Below, one piece after another: positions 29,934 to 42,668 of a DNA stretch of 64,000 bases. The position numbers and the translations under genes are program-made. The stretch lies in assembly GCA_963843795.1 (NCBI GenBank), contig CAWJLW010000006.1:496001-560000 (forward strand), in the 5' to 3' direction. Below the pieces are notes generated by a model. It saw only the letters and a list, made by a program, of their open reading frames with translations. It was not told the origin of the DNA and searched no databases. How positions within the stretch are numbered: the first letter of the stretch is position 1; the number at the start of each line of letters is the position of its first letter. This DNA comes from an uncultured bacterium. Its GTDB lineage: Bacteria; Armatimonadota; Abditibacteriia; Abditibacteriales; Abditibacteriaceae.

Positions 29934-31788
29934 ATCCGGGAATGATATTCGAGAGTCACTATCAGATAATTCCTGTGATAGGAAAAAATCAGCAAATTTT
30001 GATTTAGAATTGATGGATTCGGATATCTCCGTATCCTAACCGATAGAGGATACGGGGATAACAAATATCACAAATCAATAAATATCGAACCCAATGCGCC
30101 GATGGCTTTCACGGAATATGGCCCGACATCCCTATCCCTCTAGGCGGCGGATTCTTGGCACCATAAAAATAATTACGTATCTCAGACCGCACACAACTAC
30201 TATTTATTCGGTTGATTTGTTTGATTTCATACAAGAGAATGAAATAGTCGTCAAGACGGTTAATGATGGGAATACGTTTTATGTCGTGGATTGGAGTGAT
30301 CTAAGAACTGCCGGATATTGGGTGGAGATTGTGAGACCGATACAGATATTCTCAACAGATATTCTCAGTAGAGATTTCGATGTGACACCACAGCATTTAT
30401 CCAGATAACTGGCACGGTCTCATAAATCCCATAATGACTGCAAAAAACGTAAGAGAAAATGAAACCGATTTTCAGATAGCCAGTCTATATAATTAAACAG
30501 CGCATTTACAGGGAGATTTTAATGACTAGCACAATGAACAATACAATGAACAACACAACAAGCAAACCAAAGAGCACAGCAAGAAAAAAAGAAAAGTTGA
30601 GTTCAATCCGAAGTATCCGTACCACACTGACTACGCGCCTTATTCAAGGCAACACGATTTTCGCCGTAGCGGCTCCGGACTTCAAGACTATGGAGAAAGC
30701 CGTTGGAAGAGTTCTATCTTGAGAATGACGATGTGGACTTTGAAGGCAACGAAGACTTCTACATCATCGCTGACTTAACGACTGTCAAACAATGACTGCA
30801 AGGAGAATGTTGGTCTTTCCCGTCACGATGGACGCTCTGGTAGAGTCTACGTAGCACCGGTGACGATACTGAATATATCCGGCTCAACAAGTTTTTCACT
30901 CCCGTGCAGAATCTGGCTGACATCGAAAATCAATTCATCGCCGGAGAAACTGGCCTTCTCTTTTTCTTCGAGGAGTATGACCGGCAAACAAAGACGGTCT
31001 CTGGGCCGAATTTATCGCATGGGTGAAAGTAGTTGAAGCCGAAATGGCTGCTGACCGGATGCAGATGAAAACGATGTCAACTCTATTCAATGGCTACTTC
31101 CTCCGTTCCTACGCCGTCGAGATTCCGACGCTGCTGAACCGCTGTCGAGGTTCCCGCTGCCAGGATTTCCGTCGCCGAAGTTGAAGTCGAGGAGGAGATT
31201 CCCTTTGCTTATGCAGTGGTAGATGAAAATGGAATCTTTGTGGGATGCGTCAGACTCTTGATGATGTTTCCGAATGCGTCCGTGATTTCTACGGGAACAC
31301 GGCACCGACACGCTAATCCACATCCGACTCAAAGGGCATTCTCGATACGACTCTCTTGCCAAAACCGGCTCAAACCATCAGGCCGCATGAACTGCCGCTA
31401 TGCCCCCTGTTGGGGCTGCAATGATAGATAAATTCTTAGTAACTCACGGAAATAAATTCGAGACCACTACGCCATATTTTCGGATTCTGGATACCGCTCT
31501 TCCTTAGAAACCGGCAGTACCTGCTGCCCAATGACAGGAGGCTCTCTGGAATGGGCAAGTGAAAATTTTCAAAATTTATTTTTACTGGGACAATCTATTT
31601 GAAGGTTAAATGACCTTCGATTGGCAACAATGCGGTGTTCTGTCGATGACAGCCTAATGTCAGTGGCCAAACCTTCTATAGATATTAGTCGATTCTTCTC
31701 GGACTCCATGTTCAATGTCGCTAACTCATGTTCAATCGTGCCGGGAGTTAACTGGGACTTGGCAGTACTCAGCGAACCTTTATAGTGG

Positions 31789-32170
31789 TGACCTTGTCCC
31801 CGAGTTCATACCAGTTGTGAGTGGAGAGTTCCGGCTGTGGTTTGTTGTTTTGACCGACATCGCTGGCGGTAAATTGCCAGCGCCTGTGCGGTCTGACCTG
31901 ATTATAACTTTCGCGCCATTTCTCGATGGAATTCTGGCTTCTCGCAAGCTGGTGAACCATTCCAAGTTCAAGCATTCATCGCGTAGCTTGCCGTTGAACG
32001 ATTCAACCTTACCGTTTTGAGTCGATTAGCCCGGTTCGATAAAGTGCAACTTGACTTGATATTCATACGCCCACTGGTCGAGGACGATGCCTCGGAACTC
32101 CGCACCGTTATCGACCTGAATCCATACTGAAAGCCAGAGGACATCTTGTCAAATGGATTCACACGCGGTA
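31789..32170 (-). pseudogene. Degenerate IS3-family remnant (orfB 3' part plus terminal IR)
   Basis: [30 protein letters not shown] in broken frames; TGACCTTGTCCCC end at 31789. Confidence 0.85.
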
Positions 32171-32337
32171 CCGGTCGCGACCCACGATAAATGCTAAAAG
32201 TGCAGATCGCGGAAAATATGCAAATCTCGCCACTTTCCAGGGATATTTAAATGTAGAAAAGCCGTACACGCCATTTTAAGCCGTCGAATCAAGCTGGATG
32301 ACACCAAATCCCATCCGAACTGACCTTCTCCCCAAGA

Positions 32338-33183
32338 TTAGTCCGCTTTCAGTGAGAGTTTTTCGGCGTGTTGTTGTGCCCAGACAACGGGCGGCAAGTA
32401 GTTCAGACTCGAATGCGGCCTGAGGGTGTTGTAATCTTCGCGCCACGCTTCCAAAGTGCTTCTGGCGTCTTGGAGATCGGTGAACCATTCTTGGTTCAGG
32501 CACTCATCGCGGAGTTTGCCGTTGAATGATTCGATGTAGGCATTCTGTGTCGGTTTGCCGGGTTCTATGAAGTGCAGACCGACGCGGTTATGATGTGCCC
32601 AGGTATCCAGCGCCCGCCCTCGGAACTCCGGACCGTTATCAATTTGCAAGGTTTGTGGCTGGCCATACTGATCGCATAAGCGTTGGAGCACGCGCACCAC
32701 ACGTTCTCCAGTCAACGAGGTGTCGACTTCGATGGTCAAACAGCGACGATCAAAAGCATCTACGACATTCAAAGCCCGAAAGCGCCGCCCGCAACTTAGA
32801 GCATCGCTGACAAAGTCTAAAGTCCACAGCTGGTTAGCCGCAGTTGGTGCTGCGCAGGGCACACGGAGTTCACTTTTCAAGCGTCGTCCCCGTTTGGGAC
32901 GCAACTTGAGACCGTCTTCTCGATAAAGTCGGTAAACCTTTTTGTGATTGATGAGCCAGCCTTCGCGTCGCAACAAAACATGTAAGCGCAAGTAGCCAAA
33001 GCGTGGACGTTCGGCAGCCAGCTCTTTGAGACGTTGTCGTAAAGCCACCTCATCAGAGCGCTTGGAACGATAGCGAATGCTGGCGCGGTGACTACTTGTC
33101 AGGGCGCAGGCCCGCCGCTGGGAAAAGTTGTGTTGGATTTGCAAATGCGACACAGCTTCTCTTTGTGCAGCGGGCCTCACCAT
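32338..33183 (-). CDS. IS3 transposase OrfB (DDE)
   Basis: [39 protein letters not shown]. Confidence 0.95.
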   Translation of the reverse strand: MVRPAAQREAVSHLQIQHNFSQRRACALTSSHRASIRYRSKRSDEVALRQRLKELAAERPRFGYLRLHVLLRREGWLINHKKVYRLYREDGLKLRPKRGRRLKSELRVPCAAPTAANQLWTLDFVSDALSCGRRFRALNVVDAFDRRCLTIEVDTSLTGERVVRVLQRLCDQYGQPQTLQIDNGPEFRGRALDTWAHHNRVGLHFIEPGKPTQNAYIESFNGKLRDECLNQEWFTDLQDARSTLEAWREDYNTLRPHSSLNYLPPVVWAQQHAEKLSLKAD

Positions 33184-33443
33184 TTTTTTGAGAGCAAGTC
33201 CTTCAATGCAGCGATGTCGAGATGACTTTCGGCCAGCAACTTCTTCAAACGGGCGTTTTCGTCTTCCAGAGCTTTGAGGCGTTTGGCTTCGCTGACTTCC
33301 ATGCCACCATACTTGCTCTTCCAGCGGTAATAAGTTTGTTCGCTCATACCGTGCTCACGGCACAGATGCGCGACCGTGGCACCGGCTTCGGCTTGTTTTA
33401 AGATGCCAATGATCTGTTCGTCGCTAAAACGGCTTGACTTCAT
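33177..33443 (-). CDS. IS3 transposase OrfA (HTH)
   Basis: [32 protein letters not shown]. Confidence 0.95.
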   Translation of the reverse strand: MKSSRFSDEQIIGILKQAEAGATVAHLCREHGMSEQTYYRWKSKYGGMEVSEAKRLKALEDENARLKKLLAESHLDIAALKDLLSKKW

Positions 33444-33517
33444 CGCAGTTCTCCTCAACTCAATTTTAGCCGGAGAACTCCCACTCTGTTTGGACTAATT
33501 TACGGGGCGAAGGTCAG

Positions 33518-33990
<473 letters not shown>

Positions 33991-35910
33991 TGGCGGTTTG
34001 ATTTCGTTGTGGAACCGTTTTCCGTTTTACCAAAGGCAATGGCACGAGGTCTTCAACGGAAATTTTCCAGTAGGAGATGTTCTCAGGAGCAAATTCTGCG
34101 TTGCCAGATGCCGTAGGTGAAGTTGGTTCCGGGAGCGTAAACGGCAGGGTCGGGAAGGTTTCCTGAGGTGGCTTTACGCGGCGTTGCTTTTGCGGTTTAG
34201 GCCGTTTTGTTGAGCTAGACACAAGGCCGGGGTAGTGGAACAGAGAAGCTCGTGAAGCTCGTGTCGTTTGGACAATTTCCCTTAGCCGTGCCAGTGAATC
34301 TGCATCGAGCCGTTCATCGTGTTCGCGGAAGAATTGACGGAGCGCTTCGGTCACAACTTGATAGTCAGTGAACCGGCAGTCTCCCAATTCATAATGTTTT
34401 TGTTTGATTGCCACATGGCGAATGAACTCTGCTTCACCATTAGGATTGGGGCCCCACTCATGTTCCGTGAGTTTGATAATGACGGTGATTTGTTCTGGTG
34501 GGAGTAGAAGATCGAAGGGGTCTGAGAGATCACTCTGCCGATTTTTTCCATCCGATACACCTTCCTGCGCCGGTTCTGGTTTGGGCTCCAACGTCTCCTT
34601 GAGCGCCACTTGCAATAACGCTTCGGCTTGTTCCTTGCCTTCCCGAATGTTGGATTCCAGTTGGTCACAGAACGCCATGAGAGTGTCCAGTTTTGCCACG
34701 ATGCGCTTTTGTTCGGCTAGAGGTGGAAGTGGCAAGGACAAGGAGTAGATCTGGTTCCTTGTTACATTATTCATTGAAGTACTTTTTCCAGTGCTTAGTG
34801 AATTGTAATAGTTCGCACCAAAATCCGAATTGTTAAACATCCATAGAAGTGCCGGAGTTACAAACTCACTGAAATTGAAGCGGATGGTCTTATCACTTAA
34901 AAGTAAATTTTTCGTAATGTGCTTCACAATACAACATTTACCAGCCAAACCTTTCGAACCGCTTGCCCGGCAAAAGAGAAAGTCACCAATCTTTACCTGT
35001 TTTGAAATATCTTTTGGTTCGGCTGTTGAAAAGTATTTGTTCGCATTCTCCGAGAAATAACCACTAGTTATTGAGCTTGTCTTCACTATTCCCCATTCGT
35101 TTGAGTCAGTTGCTCTTTCAGAACATTTGAAACTATTTCCGGCTTCTGACAACAATACAACCTCACCCAACCTACACCACGTCCAAGTACTCGGAATATC
35201 GAACGGCACTTCATCGGCGGCGATGACAGGCAATGGTTTATCGCGTTTGATTTTCTTGGCCGCAACGAGTTGTTCCTTCTCGGCTTTGATACGTTCCAGA
35301 AGTAATTCGGCGGGTTCGTCCGCTTCATTTTGCGGCACCAGTTGGCCTTGCATCGCTTCCCGCAAAAACGCCTGACGAAGTTGTCGCACTAATTCGAGTT
35401 GGTTACAAAGCTCGGCTGTATTTTTTGCTACTCTTTCTTTCGTTGCAAGTACTTGGGTAGCGACTTCAATCTGCTTATTTAACGGCGGCAAACTGATTTC
35501 CCATGCCAAAACATCAGAAGGCCGGATAGCTGCATAGTTCGTGGAGCCTTTGGCTTTAATCTGGTCTTGAAGAATTGTTGTCTGGCAAATAACTTCGAGA
35601 AAGTCTTGTGCTATTTTCTTGGTATCTAATTCAAACAAATAATAATGGCTGCTGACGATTGCATCTTGCAGTTCTACGGGAACGAAAACGTAGCCACCAA
35701 CCTTAGCATCCATTTCAGCGACAATAAAATCATTTGCTTTGCAAAGCTGTTGTTTCTTAGTGCGGAGATCCGCACCTTTTTTTCGCTCACGCAATACAAC
35801 ACCTTTACGATGAAGTTGCACTCTACAGAGTTTGTATTCTTTGTCGTCCGATATGGTGATGAAACCTTTCCGGTGATTTAGAACGTCGCCGAGCTTCACT
35901 TTCTCCCAAG

Positions 35911-37560
35911 TCATAACACTTCCTGCCTCATCTGCTCCAGCAAACTATGACTCTTCGAAAAGCTCTTCTCGAGCATTGCCATCAACTCTTCACTGGTGTA
36001 TTCGTGCGTTTCTTCCTGCCGGCTTGGGTTTTTGATGTCCAAATCAAACGCGGCGAAATAGATGCTATCAGCCCTATTTCGCTCTTCTCTTGCAGTCTGT
36101 TCCAGTTGGAAAGAATCATTCTGTAAGATTGTCTTCTTTTTGAGTAAAACCTCCCTGTCGTGCACGTTCGCCACGTTTTTTAGTCGGGAGTTGATGTGAG
36201 AAACTTCTTGCTTAACTCTCGCGTTCTGCTGGTCAATTTCCTCAGCATTCTCCCAGCGGGGTTGTGCCTGGGATCTCGCTTGGACAATCCTCTGTCCTAT
36301 ATTGACTTTCCAGCACACTTCCGACTCGGTGTGGTTGTTCCACCAATCACGAATCGGCTGAAACTCTTCCAATCGGATCGGTCTGGTTTTGCTGTAACTC
36401 TTTTGGCCTTCGGGTAAGCGGTGTTCGTAATACCAGACCTCATTCGTCGGTTTGCCTTTTTCAAAGAACAACAGATTGGTGGCGACCGTAGCGTAAGGCT
36501 GAAACACACTGTTGGGCAAGCGAATAATCGTGTGCAGATTACATTCGCTTAATAGTCGTTCGCGAACGCGCTGCTTCACACCCTCACCGGTCAGGCTGCC
36601 ATCGGGTAACACGATTCCGGCCCTCCCGCCCATTTTCAACAGATGGATCATCATGACCAGGAATAAATCGGCGCTTTCTTTAGTGCGGAAGTTTTGCGGA
36701 AAATTGTTCTCATTGTTATTGGCGACAATGCCACCAAAGGGCGGATTGGCCAGAATCACATCGACACGGTCTTTCTCGGTGTAGTTGGCCAATGGCTGGT
36801 CTAAGGCATCGCGAAACGTAATGTTGGGCACTTCGACATCATGCAAGATTAAGTTTGTGGTCGCCAGTAGAAACGGCAGCGGCTTATATTCCCAGCCAAT
36901 GACGTTGTTCTGAATCCAGCGCAAGGTCTCGATATTAATGTTCTCTTTACCGAGATGTTCAATCGCACCCGTCAAAAAGCCACCGGTGCCACTGGCGGGG
37001 TCGAGAACACGTTCACCAAATTTCGGGTCGACCATTTCGGTGATGAACTGGGTGATGGCGCGTGGCGTGTAGAACTCGCCGGATTTTCCGGCGCTCTGCA
37101 AATCCTTCAGAATGCTTTCGTAAAGTTCACCAAAGGTGTGCCGATCCTTAATACTGTTGAAATCAAGTTCGTTGAGTTTATTGAGGACTTTGCGGATATT
37201 GATTCCGCTTTTCATGTAGTTGTTGTTGCCCTCGAACACTTCGCGCAGAATCAGGGCGCGTTTGTTCTCCACGACTGGGATATTGCGGAGTTTGGGAAAC
37301 AACTCGTGGTGAACGAATTTCAGCAACTCTTCGCCAGTGATGCCTTCATCATCACCCGCCCACTGATCCCAGTGCAGTTCGGGAGGTATCGGCGATTTGT
37401 AATGGGCGTTGAACTCTTCAAGTTCTTGGTCTTTGTCCGAGAAAATCTTGAAAAACAACATCCAACCCAGTTGTTCGATACGCTGGGCATCACCGTTTAA
37501 ACCGGTGTCCTGCCACATAATATCCCGAATTGATTTAAGAACGCCCTGTATATTAGCCAT
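35911..37560 (-). CDS. hsdM: Type I RM N6-adenine methyltransferase
   Basis: GEFYTPR, DPASGTGGF, NPPF. Confidence 0.95.
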   Translation of the reverse strand: MANIQGVLKSIRDIMWQDTGLNGDAQRIEQLGWMLFFKIFSDKDQELEEFNAHYKSPIPPELHWDQWAGDDEGITGEELLKFVHHELFPKLRNIPVVENKRALILREVFEGNNNYMKSGINIRKVLNKLNELDFNSIKDRHTFGELYESILKDLQSAGKSGEFYTPRAITQFITEMVDPKFGERVLDPASGTGGFLTGAIEHLGKENINIETLRWIQNNVIGWEYKPLPFLLATTNLILHDVEVPNITFRDALDQPLANYTEKDRVDVILANPPFGGIVANNNENNFPQNFRTKESADLFLVMMIHLLKMGGRAGIVLPDGSLTGEGVKQRVRERLLSECNLHTIIRLPNSVFQPYATVATNLLFFEKGKPTNEVWYYEHRLPEGQKSYSKTRPIRLEEFQPIRDWWNNHTESEVCWKVNIGQRIVQARSQAQPRWENAEEIDQQNARVKQEVSHINSRLKNVANVHDREVLLKKKTILQNDSFQLEQTAREERNRADSIYFAAFDLDIKNPSRQEETHEYTSEELMAMLEKSFSKSHSLLEQMRQEVL

Positions 37561-38842
37561 TGAAATGGTTCTTCAAGTAGTTAGTCTTCTCCTGCAAAGA
37601 AAGCTCTTTGATGTACTCCTCTTCATCAGTGAGTGGCCGAGATGAGTTTAAATTGCGAACTAAGAGTATGTCCTGACCCTTAGCCAGGAATCGTGTTGGA
37701 ATTTGACGTGCTTTGCACTTCACCATGCAAACAGATTTTCCATAGGGAGATAGGGCGATACATGTCTCCAAGGATCGCCCTGGCAATGGGCTGAGGTGGG
37801 CGTTAATCTTATTAGAAAATGTTTAGAGGAACTCGTTGTTGGATTTAAAGTTTTCTAGCTCTTCAATGCCTGTGATTTCCCCATTGTCCTCGACGCCAAT
37901 GAGAAGAATCCCGCCATCGGTATTAAGAAAACTGGCAATCGCTCTCAATGGCTTGAGCCACATATCTGTTTTGTCTTTTTCGTGTCTGCGCTTGAGAGAT
38001 TTGAACTCACAGTGTGCTCCTTCTCCATTCCCAATATGCTCTTGCACCTCTGCAAGTGCTGCATCTCCTTCCTCAAAAGCACGGATGTATGCGAGTGCAA
38101 CGGAAGCGTCTTTCTCCAACTCGGCAAACTCACTTTTGTAAGATTCTGGTTCGCCGCCATAAATAAAGGTGTTGCCAATCGTCGCAGTAAGAACAGCATT
38201 TGCGAACTCACTTGGAGAACACTTGTTCTTTGCCAGCATTAAAGCCGGGAGGAAAACCTGAGAGTGCATGTTGTGCAAAAAGATGGTAACGACCTTGCGG
38301 TGTGGGGGGAGTGCATCAAACTCACTTCGAATGAAGTCAATGAACTCGCGCGATGGCTTTGTTAAAGCGGTGTTTTCTTCATCTTCATCATCATAAAGCC
38401 ACCCTGCGCCAGTGAACACTAACTGGGGTAAATTCTGATTGTTAGCACGCAAGTAATCACTAATAAAGCCGTATCGGTTAAGCTGCTGCATAGCTATGTC
38501 CGGCCCTGGCGCGATGTAGAGCGTCGGGTCAGAACAAAGTTCTGCGTCGAAATTTTCTGTGAGCTTATCTGTTCCTGTCTCAAAAGATTGCTTCTGAGTC
38601 GCGTAAAGAGCGTATGCGGAGAACTTTCTTGGCTCAGTAATTACCTGGTTCTCAAGAGTAATTGAACCCTCTGATTCGAGTTCAGATAGCATATGATTCA
38701 GCAATTGCGGGTAGTAATGCCGAATCTGATGGCCTTGTGAGGTAAGTATCGGCTGATCTTCGTACACAAGAAGATATTCCTTCCCATCCTCAATTACCTC
38801 CAAATCAATTGGGTCTATTTTGATCGAGTCGCTCTGTGCCAT
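37553..38842 (-). CDS. Schlafen/AlbA_2-domain protein with ATP12-like N-terminus (frameshift near 37,823)
   Basis: GEGAHCEFKS..IASFLNTDGGILLIGVEDNGEITGI; continuation VRNLNSSRPL in 37553-37786. Confidence 0.8.
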
Positions 38843-38889
38843 TACTGCCTCCAGTACCAGTGTTGCTTGAACTAATGTTGCCTGAACTA

Positions 38890-41285
38890 AGCGGCCTTGT
38901 AGAGTTCGTCTTCCAATTCTCTGACCGCTTCAAAGTACTTGTCTCTACCACCGAAAATACGTTTACGATTTCCAGACGAGAGCCGAACTGATTGAAAGGA
39001 ATCGCATTCAATACGTCCAGACTTTCGATGTTCTCAATGCCTTCATCAGCATATTTATCGAGCAGGGCTTCCAACACTTGCCGCGTCTGTTCGCCATATT
39101 TGGCAAAGTAGTTCCGCTTCTTTACGTTGTTGGCGCGTTCACTGCGTGTCAATGGTGGCTGGTCAAACGCGACGTGACAGATCAAATCGAACAAGTCCAA
39201 TTTTTTATCTACCGAATCCAGAAGTTCGTCGGCCATAATGCCTTGCTTTTCGAACTCCTTGATGATGGTTTCTTTTTCTCCGACTCATTCCATTTGTTGA
39301 GGAAATCACTCAGTGTCGCGTACTGCTCGGTCACGATTTCCCGCGTGTAATCGGTCAGTTTGCGCGTAATCAATTTGCCGTCTTTGCTGAATGAGAGTTT
39401 GCGCGATATCAGAACCGACACATCCACGCCATTCACGACGACCTTCTGGCGCGGAACCGAATCGCCACCAGTATCGGGCTGGCGAATTTTGGGTTTTTCT
39501 ACGGGGATTTCCTCGCCGGTTTCCTCATCGACAATCGGCGTGTCGTCGGCTTCCTCTTCACCGAGAATAGTACTCGATGTCGTCATCTTCCGCAACTGTC
39601 TTCACGCGAATCGGGTCACCGTCAAACGCTTTATCGGCAAACAAGTCGGTGGCATTGCGAAAATCGAGAATTGTGAAATAGTGTTTGTTATAAGCCTCGT
39701 TAATGCGCGTGCCCCTGCCGATGATTTGCTTGAACTTGGTCATCGAGTTGATGTTCTGGTCGAGAACAATGATTTTGACCGTTTGTGCATCAATGCCGGT
39801 CGTCATCAATTCCGAAGTCGTCACAATCACCGGAAAAGTTTCTTCCGGATTGGTGAAGTTATCGAGTTCTTTCTTTCCCAAGTCGTTGTCGCCGGTAATC
39901 CGCATCACGTATTTGTGATTCTGGGCGGCAATATCGCCATTCTGGTTCACCAGTTCGCTTCTCATTCCTTCGGCGTGTTCGATATCGCAACAAAACGCAA
40001 TCGTCTTGTCGTAGCGATTGGAGCCATGAAGAAATTCGGTTATCTTCTGCGCCACCAGTTTGCGCCGTTCTTCAACCACCAGTTTTCTGTCGAAATCGCT
40101 GCGATTGTAGATGCGGTCTTCGACGAGCGTGCCACTTTTATCCTTGAATCCTTTGGGAGGTCGCCATCCTTCGGCATCTATATCCAGAGTAATCCTGATG
40201 ACGCGATAGGGAGCCAGAAAGCCATCATTGATGCCCTGTTTCAACGAGTAGGTGTAAATCGGTTTTTCAAAGTATTCACTGGTACTGATGTCATTGGTTT
40301 CGGTTGGCGTTGCGGTTAAACCAATTTGCGTGGCGGCATGGAAGTACTTCAAGATTTCTCGCCACGCGGAATCGTCACGGGCACTGCCGCGATGACATTC
40401 ATCGACCACAATCAGGTCAAAGAAGTCGGGCGTGAACTGTTTATAGATATTCTGCGCTTCTTCCGAACCTGTAAGACCCTGATACAGCGCCAAGTACACC
40501 TCATACGCTTTATCGACCTGATGCTTTTGCACCACGGTCATGGCTCCCTTGAAGTGCTTGAAATCTCCGCGCCGCGTCTGGTCAATGAGGGCGTTTCTAT
40601 CGGCCAGAAACAAGATGCGTTTCTTCGCGCCGGATTTCCACAACCGCCAGATAATTTGAAAAGCGGTGTAAGTTTTGCCGGTACCGGTCGCCATCACCAG
40701 CAGAATGCGGTTCTGCCCTTTGGCGATGGCTTCCACCGTGCGGTTGATGGCGATTTGCTGATAATAACGCGGCTTGCGACCGCTGCCGTCGTCGTAATAA
40801 TCCTGCTCGACGATTTTTTCTTCGTCCTCGGTGACAATACCTTTGTGTTGTTTATATTTAGTCCACAATTGCTCGGGTGTGGGAAAGCTATCGTTATCCA
40901 ACTGCGTTTCGATATTTCCGCCCATGTTCCCGGCGGACATGGTTTTATCGTGAAACAGGAAACCATCGCCGTTGCTGCTGAACACAAAAGGAATCTCCAG
41001 AATCTGCGAGTATTCCAATGCCTGTTGAAGTCCCGAGCCGATGGAATGCTTGTTGTCCTTGGCTTCGATGATGGCAATCGGGATATTGGGTTTGTAATAC
41101 AGAATATAGTCGGCGCGTTTGCCTTTGCCGCGGGAATGCAACTTACCGCGTACGTAGATTTTGCCGTCTGTAAATGAGACCTCTTCCAAGAATTGCGTAT
41201 TCTTATCCCATCCCGCTTTTTCCACCGCGGGTGTGATGAATTTGGTGCAAATGTCACGTTCAGACAACGATTTTTTATCGAGCAT
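38890..41285 (-). CDS. hsdR: Type I restriction subunit, EcoEI-like, split over three frames (3' end approximate)
   Basis: [36 protein letters not shown]-terminal [21 protein letters not shown] in 38805-39236. Confidence 0.93.
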
Positions 41286-41352
41286 GGCAGGAATTCTCGC
41301 AGCAGGGGGCAGTACACAGATTTTTGAGCGGGACTGAAATGTAGTCGAATGG

Positions 41353-41412
41353 TATTCGTGCGTCCATTATTCGTGAGTACATTATTCGTGCGTCCATTAT
41401 TCGTGAGTACAT
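41353..41412. repeat. 4 x 15-bp tandem repeat upstream of hsdR
   Basis: TATTCGTGCGTCCAT and TATTCGTGAGTACAT alternating. Confidence 0.9.
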
Positions 41413-41489
41413 TATAGGTCTGAATTCAACTCGACCGGAAGCCAAAGCAGACGAGGCGCAACAACTGCGCCCCGTCTGACTTTCCGCTT

Positions 41490-42300
41490 TTAGATATCAC
41501 AACCCGCCCTCAGAATCCGGTTGGCGGCGCTGAAAATGCGTTGCGCGGATTGTTCGGGAATGTCTTCACCGGTATTCCACCAGTGTTGGAATATAGCCCC
41601 GGCAGTAGTCGGAGCCGGGAAGCTGCAAAGTTTCGCAGAGCAACATCGCCACGGCTTCGGCTTCAACCTCCTTCAGGGCGCGGGGCAAAATCGCGCTATC
41701 GCTGCAATCGCTCTTCAGTGTGTGCCCTAGAACTACATGGGTTATCTCGTGAAATAAACTCTTTTTGGGAAGTTGTGCTATGGAAGAAACCGCCACACTG
41801 CGACCAGTGGCAAAACCCTGACAATTTCCATCAGCATGATGAAAGGGCACTTCCTGAATGTCCAGAGCGGCTAAGGCGCTGGCTTTATTCCAATCGGCTG
41901 TGAACGGCTCCGGTTGATATTCGGTTCCATCGTGTTTGCGTCAGAACGAACCAATGCGATTTCCACATAAACCCGCGAATGAATTCTTGCGCATCCTCGT
42001 TTGAACCTGTCGCACCATCGCGTTTAGCTTTGGCCAGTGAGCGGCATACAAAGCGTAATCGCCTTTTGCCCTTTCTGCACGTTGCGGCCCAGAGCTTTCC
42101 AGCCCTTAAACGTATTGATCGGCCCTAAAGCAATGCCCCGCTTATCACACTGCCACGCGGCGGCCATGCAGTTGCCCAAACTGTAATTGTGGAAAACGCT
42201 ATACGCTTCCAACAGCTTTCCCGGTTCGTTACACGGCTTTGCGCAGCAGTTGCGCCCACTGCGGGTTTACCCCTTCCGTCAGTTCATTTACACTTTTCAT
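41490..42300 (-). CDS. ArdC-like antirestriction/ssDNA-binding protein (several frameshifts)
   Basis: FHNYSLGN..TFKGWKALGRNVQKGQKAI; FHEITH..EVEAEAVA; AQRIFSAANRIL. Confidence 0.8.
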
Positions 42301-42368
42301 CTGAGAGACCTCCGTTTCTCAATCTGAGGCTCAGGGGTGTTGGTAGCACTCCTGAGCCTTTTCGCTTT

Positions 42369-42536
42369 TTAAGCGGCGATTTTCATTTCAATGTCCGATT
42401 CCCACGGCTGGAAAATTTCCTTCATCAGTTCTTCATCAATCAATCCCGTCGCAAAAAGTTCCGGAATCGTGAGAACGTTGAATGGGTTTTGATAGGTTTC
42501 TGTGTCGTAATCGTAAATGGCTGTTGGCTGGTTCAT
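42369..42536 (-). CDS. Small acidic protein (55 aa)
   Basis: GGGGAG RBS; MNQPTAIYDYDTETYQNPFNVLTIPELFATGLIDEELMKEIFQPWESDIEMKIAA. Confidence 0.65.
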   Translation of the reverse strand: MNQPTAIYDYDTETYQNPFNVLTIPELFATGLIDEELMKEIFQPWESDIEMKIAA

Positions 42537-42568
42537 TTCAGTGCTCCCCGTGCTGATTTCTATACTAT

Positions 42569-42598
42569 ATTATAACCTATCTGATAGGTTATTGCGAA
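42569..42598 (-). promoter_or_regulatory. Sigma70-like promoter overlapped by palindromic operator ATAACCTATC-T-GATAGGTTAT
   Basis: TATAAT on the minus strand at 42569-42574; inverted repeat 42572-42592. Confidence 0.65.
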
Positions 42599-42668
42599 GG
42601 GGAGGCAGCACAAATCTCGCTGTATTTTCAGCCTTTTTTTAAGCATTTAAGTTGATTTTCAGAGGTTG

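Larger units (their letters stand above)
32321..33516 (-). mobile_element. IS3-family insertion sequence (IS407-like), 1196 bp
   Basis: Terminal IRs TGACCTTCTCCCCAAGATTAGTCC and GGACTAATTTACGGGGCGAAGGTCA; orfA/orfB with A7 slippery site at 33183-33189. Confidence 0.95.

Noticed and set aside
30094..31720. Short ORFs in the middle of the island
   Set aside because: Fragmentary with no recognisable motifs; the 30522 ORF has an RBS but appears broken, so no call is supported
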